A stretch of 64,000 nucleotides of DNA from NCBI GenBank assembly GCA_044344255.1, contig JBIJDH010000004.1, positions 416,001 to 480,000 of the forward strand, read 5' to 3'. The DNA comes from Myxococcota bacterium (GTDB lineage: Bacteria > Myxococcota_A > UBA796 > UBA2385). Each line of letters starts with the position of its first letter. Position 1 is the first letter of the stretch. Below the pieces are notes generated by a model. That model worked only from the letters and a program-made list of their open reading frames with translations, was not told the DNA's origin and ran no database searches. The position numbers were made by a program, and so were the translations under genes. Below are positions 58,533 to 64,000 of this stretch, piece after piece.

Positions 58533-59462
58533 ATGAAGCGCGTCGTGCTGTTGGGGCCCCAGCGTTTGGCTCCCACTGTCGGAGAGCATGCCCGCCGGCT
58601 CGCGCTGCGCGGGCCAGCCGCCCTCATCACCGCCGGTTGGCAGGAGCGGGAGGGTGAGGACGACGAGCTCCGCGAGGCGCTCGGCCTGCCCACGGAGAAC
58701 CTGCGCCTCTACGAGCGCTGGGAGGAGATCCGCCAAAGAGATCCGGAGTATTTTGAGGCGCACCGCCGCCGTCAAGATCGCTTGCGGCAGCTGCAAGACC
58801 TCTACCGATTTCGGCTCCATGCGCTGATGGAGATCGCCCTCGACCTGATGGGCCGCACGGGGGGCGCCGATCTCCTCGAGCCTGAGCGGCGGGAGGCGGT
58901 GGCCGCGCTGCGCGCGCTCGACGATCACCACCTCGCCCGAGTCGCAGAGGAGAATCTCCGTTTCGAGCAGGATATCCGGCCAGAGGAGCGCCCGGTGATC
59001 GCGCGGCACCGCCTGGAGGTGCAGGCCCTGATCGAGCGCAGTGAGCTCGTCTGTGTGGCGGGAGGTCATGTGGCGATCCTCCAGAACCGCCTGCGGCTCT
59101 TCTCGATTGGCCGCCAGGTGCGAGAGCGGCACGTCTTCGCCTGGTCCGGGGGGGCGATGTGCCTCACCGACCGTGTGGTGCTCTTCCACGATCGCACGCC
59201 GGACGGGCCGGGCTACCCGGAGGTCATGGATCGTGGCGAGCGCCTCGTGCCGGGGGTGGTCGTGCTGCCGCACGCTCGTCACCGGCTGGATCTCGAGGGG
59301 AAGGTGCGCGTCGCCCTCTTCGCGCGACGCTTCGCGCCTGCGGTCTGCCATCCGATGGACGAGCGGCAGTACGTCGAGTGGAGGGGCGAGACCTTCACCC
59401 CGGGCCCGGGCCTGCGGCGCCTCGGTCGGGACGGCAGCGTGATCTTGGAGGGCAGCCCGTGA
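58533..59462 (+). CDS. Peptidase S51/cyanophycinase-like (class I glutamine amidotransferase fold)
   Basis: LITAGW, VAGGHV, AWSGGAM (Ser elbow), LPH. Confidence 0.7.
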   Translation: MKRVVLLGPQRLAPTVGEHARRLALRGPAALITAGWQEREGEDDELREALGLPTENLRLYERWEEIRQRDPEYFEAHRRRQDRLRQLQDLYRFRLHALMEIALDLMGRTGGADLLEPERREAVAALRALDDHHLARVAEENLRFEQDIRPEERPVIARHRLEVQALIERSELVCVAGGHVAILQNRLRLFSIGRQVRERHVFAWSGGAMCLTDRVVLFHDRTPDGPGYPEVMDRGERLVPGVVVLPHARHRLDLEGKVRVALFARRFAPAVCHPMDERQYVEWRGETFTPGPGLRRLGRDGSVILEGSP

Positions 59463-60595
59463 GCACCATCATTCAGGCCCTCTCGCGGCGTCGCCCCCTC
59501 GACAAGGCGGCCGTGGACGCCTTCATCGCCGCGCACACCTTCCCGATCGTGGAGGGGCGGGAGATCACCTTCGTGTATCGGGGGGTCGCCGACGCTGTCT
59601 TCCTCCGGCACTTCATCCTCGGCCTCCCCTCGCAGATGCCCTTCCACCGGCTGGAGGGCACCGATCTCTGGTACTGCACCGCCGACATCCCGAAGGGTTC
59701 GCGGGTCGAGTACAAATTGGACGTCCAGCGCGGGAGCCACAGCGACTGGATACGGGATCCCCTCAACCCGAAGATCGCCCATGATCCCTTCGGCGCGAAC
59801 TCGGTCTGCTCCGGGGAGGGCTACGCGACGCCGACGTGGATCGAGGCAGATCCAGAGGCCCGCCCAGGAGAGCTTCATGAGCTGACCTTCGCGCGGACCC
59901 CCTTCGGCGAGCCTCGACGCGTGACGCTCTACCTTCCGGCCCGCTTCCGTCGGAGTCGGCGTTACCCCTTGTTGGTTGTCCACGACGGCGGAGACTATCT
60001 CCACTATTCTCGCTTGAAGACCGTGCTCGACAACCTCATCCATCGCGGAGAGGTGCTCCCGCTGGTGGCCGCGCTCACCCACCCCGGCAACCGGATGGTG
60101 GAGTACCCCGACGACAAGCGCCATCAGGCCTTCATCGTCGAGACCCTCGTGCCCAAGCTCGAGGCGGAGTACCCGCTGTATGGTGACCCCGCGAACCGTT
60201 GCCTCATGGGCGCCAGCTTCGGGGCGGTGGCCTCCTTGTCCACAGCGTGGAGGTACCCGGGCTTCTTCGGAAAGCTGTTGTTGCAGTCTGGCTCTTTCGC
60301 CTTCACCGACATCGGCACCCACCAGCGAGGCCCGGCCTTTGACCCGGTCGTCCGGTTCATGAACGAGTTCCGCGAGCGGCCGGGGCGACCCGCCGCCGAG
60401 GCCTTTGTCTCATGTGGAACCTACGAGTCGCTGATCTACGAGAATCGATCGATGGTGCCCTTCTTCCAGGACATGGGGATGGACGTCAAGTATGTCGAGG
60501 CCCGGGATGGACACAACTGGGAGAACTGGCGTGACCGTCTGCGGGATGGTTTGAGTTGGTTGTTTCGAGGACATCTGTGGATGGTGTACGAATAG
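59459..60595 (+). CDS. Fes-like alpha/beta-hydrolase esterase with N-terminal Ig/CBM48-like domain
   Basis: RVEYKL..DPLNP, YPLLVVHDG, GASFGA (GxSxG), GHNWENW; GTGA overlap with upstream stop. Confidence 0.85.
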   Translation: MSTIIQALSRRRPLDKAAVDAFIAAHTFPIVEGREITFVYRGVADAVFLRHFILGLPSQMPFHRLEGTDLWYCTADIPKGSRVEYKLDVQRGSHSDWIRDPLNPKIAHDPFGANSVCSGEGYATPTWIEADPEARPGELHELTFARTPFGEPRRVTLYLPARFRRSRRYPLLVVHDGGDYLHYSRLKTVLDNLIHRGEVLPLVAALTHPGNRMVEYPDDKRHQAFIVETLVPKLEAEYPLYGDPANRCLMGASFGAVASLSTAWRYPGFFGKLLLQSGSFAFTDIGTHQRGPAFDPVVRFMNEFRERPGRPAAEAFVSCGTYESLIYENRSMVPFFQDMGMDVKYVEARDGHNWENWRDRLRDGLSWLFRGHLWMVYE

Positions 60596-60626
60596 ATGAT
60601 TGAGGCGGCCCTGGACCGCCGACGTT

Positions 60627-61640
60627 ATGCCCCCCCCCATGACGGCACAGGCGATCCCTCAGATTCTGGCGGCGGGGCTATCTTCGGCCGCCCTTGAAGA
60701 GCTTCGCGTCGCCCTCCGCCCCTGGGGCCCGGTGGAGCCGCTCGCCGACGTCGTCGGTCTGCTGGCGCGCGTCCGAGAGGGGGGGGCCGATCTGGTGGTG
60801 CTGCCCGCCGATCAGGCCGAAGGCGTCGGGGCCGCCGAGCGCCTGCGGCGGGCCGGGAGCCGTCCTGTGGTGTGCCTCGTGGGAGAGGGTGGGCTCGGAC
60901 AGCGCCTGGTCCGTCACCTGCTGTCAGAGCACCGCGCCCAAGTCTGCCTCGATCGTCCGATCCCGACCGACTTCCTCCATCGCACCCTCGAGCCCCTGTT
61001 GCCGAGGCCCGCTCCGGCAGAAGAGAGCGCCCGAGTCGAACCTTCGGCGCATCAGGCCCTGCGGTCCGAGCTCGCCGAGGCGAAGGCGGCCCTCGATCGG
61101 GCCCGATCGGAGGCAGATCAGGCCGATGCGGCCCGCCTCTCGGAGTTGGCGCTGCAGGTCTCCCACCGTGTCGCGGTGGAGTCGCAGGTGCGAGCCTTGG
61201 AGGCGGCGGCCGTCGAGCAGGCGGAGCGGCTCTCGCGTCGGGAGGCGGAGCTGCGGCGGGCCGCTGAGACGCGGGAGGCCGATCGCCTCGCCCTCCAGGC
61301 AGCCCGAGATCGGGAGGCGGCGCTGTCCCGCTCGGTCACCGCGCTGGAGGCCCGCCTGGACAATCTGCTGGGCGAGCAGGCCGCGAGGCTGGCCGAACAC
61401 CGAGCGTTGGTAGACGCCCACGAGATCAGGGGTCTGGAGGTCGCCCGCCTCCACCGGCTGGCAGAGGCGGAGCGTGCGACGGTCCGGGCGACGGTTGAGG
61501 CCGCCGAGACGGAGCTGGCCGGCCTCCGGGCCGAGCTCGACGCCGCTCGAGAGGACGCTGTCCTCGCCCGCGACGAGGCCATCGCAGACCTCCGCTGGTT
61601 CATGGGCGAGCTCGGTCGGCTGCGGGGCGAGGAGCCCTGA
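60627..61640 (+). CDS. Pseudo-receiver domain plus coiled-coil protein
   Basis: ADLVVLP in place of DLVLLD, LDRPI in place of KP, then a long E/A/R heptad coil. Confidence 0.6.
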   Translation: MPPPMTAQAIPQILAAGLSSAALEELRVALRPWGPVEPLADVVGLLARVREGGADLVVLPADQAEGVGAAERLRRAGSRPVVCLVGEGGLGQRLVRHLLSEHRAQVCLDRPIPTDFLHRTLEPLLPRPAPAEESARVEPSAHQALRSELAEAKAALDRARSEADQADAARLSELALQVSHRVAVESQVRALEAAAVEQAERLSRREAELRRAAETREADRLALQAARDREAALSRSVTALEARLDNLLGEQAARLAEHRALVDAHEIRGLEVARLHRLAEAERATVRATVEAAETELAGLRAELDAAREDAVLARDEAIADLRWFMGELGRLRGEEP

Positions 61641-61760
61641 GCCCGGCGGGCATCCGCGATCCGCGGGAGCCCATCGCGGTGGGGGTGGGCGCGCACATTC
61701 TTCCGCCATAGGGCAACCAATCGCGGGCCGACGGCGTACTCCTCGGTCTGTGAGGTCTCC

Positions 61761-62822
61761 ATGCGCCCCGTCCGCCTCGGTGTCCAGCTCCTCCCCCGTG
61801 GCGCGGCTGCCTCGGCCCTGTCCCGTCGCGCGATCATGGCGCAAGGCGCCGCGCTGGCGGTGGTCGCCTGCCAGGGCAAGGGGGACAGCGACGGGGCGGC
61901 GGAGGGGGGGGCGGACACCCAGCTCCAGCTCGACAGCATCGAGCCGATCACGGCTAACGAAGACTTCTACGTCACCAGCTGCTGCGGGAGCCCGGAGATC
62001 GATCGCGCAACCTGGACCCTCGACGTCCTTGACTCCACCACCGCCGAGCCCGCTCCGCTCACGAGCTTCACCCTCGCGGACTTCGAGGCGATGACCGGGG
62101 TGGAGAAGGAGCACACCCTCGAGTGTATCGGCGGCGGCCCTTACCATCAGGCGATCAGCAACGCGGTCTGGCGGGGGCTGCCCTTCCGCGACATCCTGGC
62201 CCAGCGCGGCGTCGAGGTGCCGATGGCGGCGGTGGAGATCAAGTTCACCGGCGCCGACGGCTACACCACCTCCCTGCCCATTGCGGATCTCGACACCCCC
62301 TTCTGGCTGGTGTGGCGGATGAACGGTGAGCCGCTGCCCGTCGATCATGGGACCTGCGTGAGGGCGCTGACGCCGGGTCGGTACGGCATGAAGAACCCCA
62401 AGTGGATCGTGCTCATGGAGTTCATCGCCGAGCCCTACCTCGGCTTCTGGGAGACCATCGGTTGGTCGAACGAGGCCCCCTACAAGCCGAACGCCTTCAT
62501 CCGCACCCCCGAGGACCGGGCGACCCTCGACGCCGGGCCGTTCACGCTGGTGGGCACGGCCTTCGCGGGGGCGGATCCCGTGGTCTCGGTGGAGGTCAGC
62601 CTCGATGACGGGCTCAGCTGGGCGCCCGCGGAGCTCACCTATTCGAACGGCCCCGACATTTGGGCCCTCTGGCGCTACGAGTGGGAGGCCACCGCCGGGA
62701 CCCACGCGCTGCGGGTGCGGGCCACGACCGAGGCCGGCGCCGAGACCGGCCAGGACCCCTTGGGGACCGATCCCACCGCCGGCTACGACGGCGGGATGCG
62801 GGTCGAGGTGGAGGTGCTGTGA
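61761..62822 (+). CDS. Molybdopterin-dependent oxidoreductase (sulfite oxidase family), Tat lipoprotein
   Basis: SRRAIM..AVVAC; FYV, TLECIG (Mo-Cys), NAVWRG, MNGEPLP.DHG, YGMKNPKW, VEVSLDDG dimer domain. Confidence 0.9.
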   Translation: MRPVRLGVQLLPRGAAASALSRRAIMAQGAALAVVACQGKGDSDGAAEGGADTQLQLDSIEPITANEDFYVTSCCGSPEIDRATWTLDVLDSTTAEPAPLTSFTLADFEAMTGVEKEHTLECIGGGPYHQAISNAVWRGLPFRDILAQRGVEVPMAAVEIKFTGADGYTTSLPIADLDTPFWLVWRMNGEPLPVDHGTCVRALTPGRYGMKNPKWIVLMEFIAEPYLGFWETIGWSNEAPYKPNAFIRTPEDRATLDAGPFTLVGTAFAGADPVVSVEVSLDDGLSWAPAELTYSNGPDIWALWRYEWEATAGTHALRVRATTEAGAETGQDPLGTDPTAGYDGGMRVEVEVL

Positions 62823-63235
62823 AGGGGCTGCTGCTACCGGTCCTCGCCGCGCTCTCTCCGCGCGGGGCCGCAGAAGAGGGCGTGTTGATCCGCCTCGGCG
62901 GCGCGGTGGAGCCGGCCAGCGCGGCGGCCGCGGCGCCGCCCCCCTGGAGCGGACCCCTGGTGAACCTGAGCTTTGAGCGCGCGGAGATCCACTCGGTCTT
63001 TCGCGTGATGTCGCAGCTCACGGGGCTCAACTTCGTGCTGGACGACTCCGTCCGCGGGGAGGTGACGTTGCACCTCGAGGCCGTCCCGGCCGAGCTCGCG
63101 CTCGCCGCCCTGCTCCTGCAGCAGGGCCTCGGGATGACCTGGATCGGGGGCGGCGCCGACGGGGCCGTGCCGACGCCGGGCGCGGTGGTCCAGATCGGCG
63201 CGGTGGGCTTGAGAGGCGCACCGGCGGCTCCTTGA
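62819..63235 (+). CDS. Stand-alone secretin/TonB N-terminal (PilQ N0/STN-like) domain protein
   Basis: VNLSFERAEIHSVFRVMSQLTGLNFVLDDSVRGEVTLHL; GTGA overlap with upstream stop. Confidence 0.65.
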   Translation: MKGLLLPVLAALSPRGAAEEGVLIRLGGAVEPASAAAAAPPPWSGPLVNLSFERAEIHSVFRVMSQLTGLNFVLDDSVRGEVTLHLEAVPAELALAALLLQQGLGMTWIGGGADGAVPTPGAVVQIGAVGLRGAPAAP

Positions 63236-63248
63236 GCGGGACCCGCCT

Positions 63249-63998
63249 TCAGCGCCTGCGGAGCCAGGCGAAGATCCCCGAGCCGCTGTCGGCGGTCAGT
63301 CGGGCAGGATCGGCGCCCGGGCTGAGCAGATCGACGAGCCGAGGTGCCCCCCCACGACGGAGCAGCTCGGCGTAGGCGTCCTGGTTGCCCTCGTCCTGGA
63401 GGTGCACGCGGGCCAGCTCCACGGCGCGAACCATCATGGCGGCCCGCTCACGTGCGCCGTGATCGAGGTTGGGGTGATCGACGAACACCCGCCAGGCCGG
63501 CAGCAGGTCCTCACAGGCCCGGCGAATGCTCGCCGGAGAGGCGCCGGGGCGGAGGCCGAAGAGGTCGAACCAGCTCGCGGTGTGTCGCTCGCGGTAGAGG
63601 ACCTCGAGCAGCCGCCAGGCCTCGGCGTCGAAGGCCGGCGCGGGCTCCTCTTCCTCGGTCACCACGACGGGCTGGGGCCTCACTTCGGCGGGGCCCGCGT
63701 GGAGTCGACCGAGGGCGAGGAGGTCGAGGTCGGGGATCAGCTGTGGATCGATCCCGTCGAGGGTGGCCTGGGTCTCGTGAAAGCGAGTGTCCCGACCCTC
63801 CAAGAGGGCTCGACGGAGGCGCCCGCGGAGGACCTCCCTTCGGATGCCCTCCAGGACTCGAAGCTCCACCCGCTTCTCTCGCAGCAGCGCCTGGACGAGG
63901 AGGTCTTCATCGGCGGAGTCGTCTGCGAGCGAGTCGAGCTCGGCGCTGGAGACGACCCCGGTGGCGATGAACGCGGCGGCGAGGTCGTCCTCCGGGGG
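63249..63998 (-). CDS. Protein with degenerate DnaJ-like C-terminal domain (5' end beyond window)
   Basis: Frame is open to the window edge; WFDLFGL..ASPASIRRAC..L.D....AY resembles a J-domain without HPD. Confidence 0.55.
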   Translation of the reverse strand, partial: PPEDDLAAAFIATGVVSSAELDSLADDSADEDLLVQALLREKRVELRVLEGIRREVLRGRLRRALLEGRDTRFHETQATLDGIDPQLIPDLDLLALGRLHAGPAEVRPQPVVVTEEEEPAPAFDAEAWRLLEVLYRERHTASWFDLFGLRPGASPASIRRACEDLLPAWRVFVDHPNLDHGARERAAMMVRAVELARVHLQDEGNQDAYAELLRRGGAPRLVDLLSPGADPARLTADSGSGIFAWLRRR

Positions 63999-64000
63999 CT

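Noticed and set aside
60630..60638. C9 tract near a start codon (also C9 at 29955-29963 and G8 at 35411-35418) as phase-variation switches
   Set aside because: Short for a GC-rich genome, outside or at the edge of coding sequence, and no frameshift is evident

Overview
High-GC (roughly 70% by eye) bacterial chromosome segment. It is most likely Myxococcota/deltaproteobacterial, judged from a MYXO-CTERM-like anchor, a myxococcal Cys-rich repeat, an AgmX/GltG-like protein and many Asp-rich Cys-repeat lipoproteins. It is gene-dense, with about 48 CDS and 3 tRNAs (Val-TAC, Asp-GTC, Trp-CCA). I see no integrase, transposase, prophage, rRNA or CRISPR array. Recognisable genes: lon (3' end), two c-type cytochromes, a 2Fe-2S ferredoxin, a K+ channel, radC, an ECF sigma/anti-sigma pair, a GshB-like ligase, larB/larC, an S41 protease, an M16 protease pair, ettA, ppx and ppk1. 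The best candidates for undescribed systems are: (1) a tightly coupled six-gene operon of exported proteins (35.6-43.4 kb) divergent from ppx, encoding a lamin-tail lipoprotein, a CotH-family kinase lipoprotein, a propeller-like protein, a lipoprotein isoamylase, a LamB-like porin and an unknown lipoprotein; (2) a divergent four-gene module (55.9-60.6 kb) next to ppk1, with two ATP-grasp ligases, an S51/cyanophycinase-like peptidase and a Fes-like esterase; (3) collagen-like (Gly-Thr-Asp)n tracts shared by three surface proteins, including the kinase. Candidate regulatory sites are a sigma54 promoter for radC, a Pho-box-like repeat and an AT-rich palindromic operator. All family assignments come from motif recognition by eye; no database search was run.
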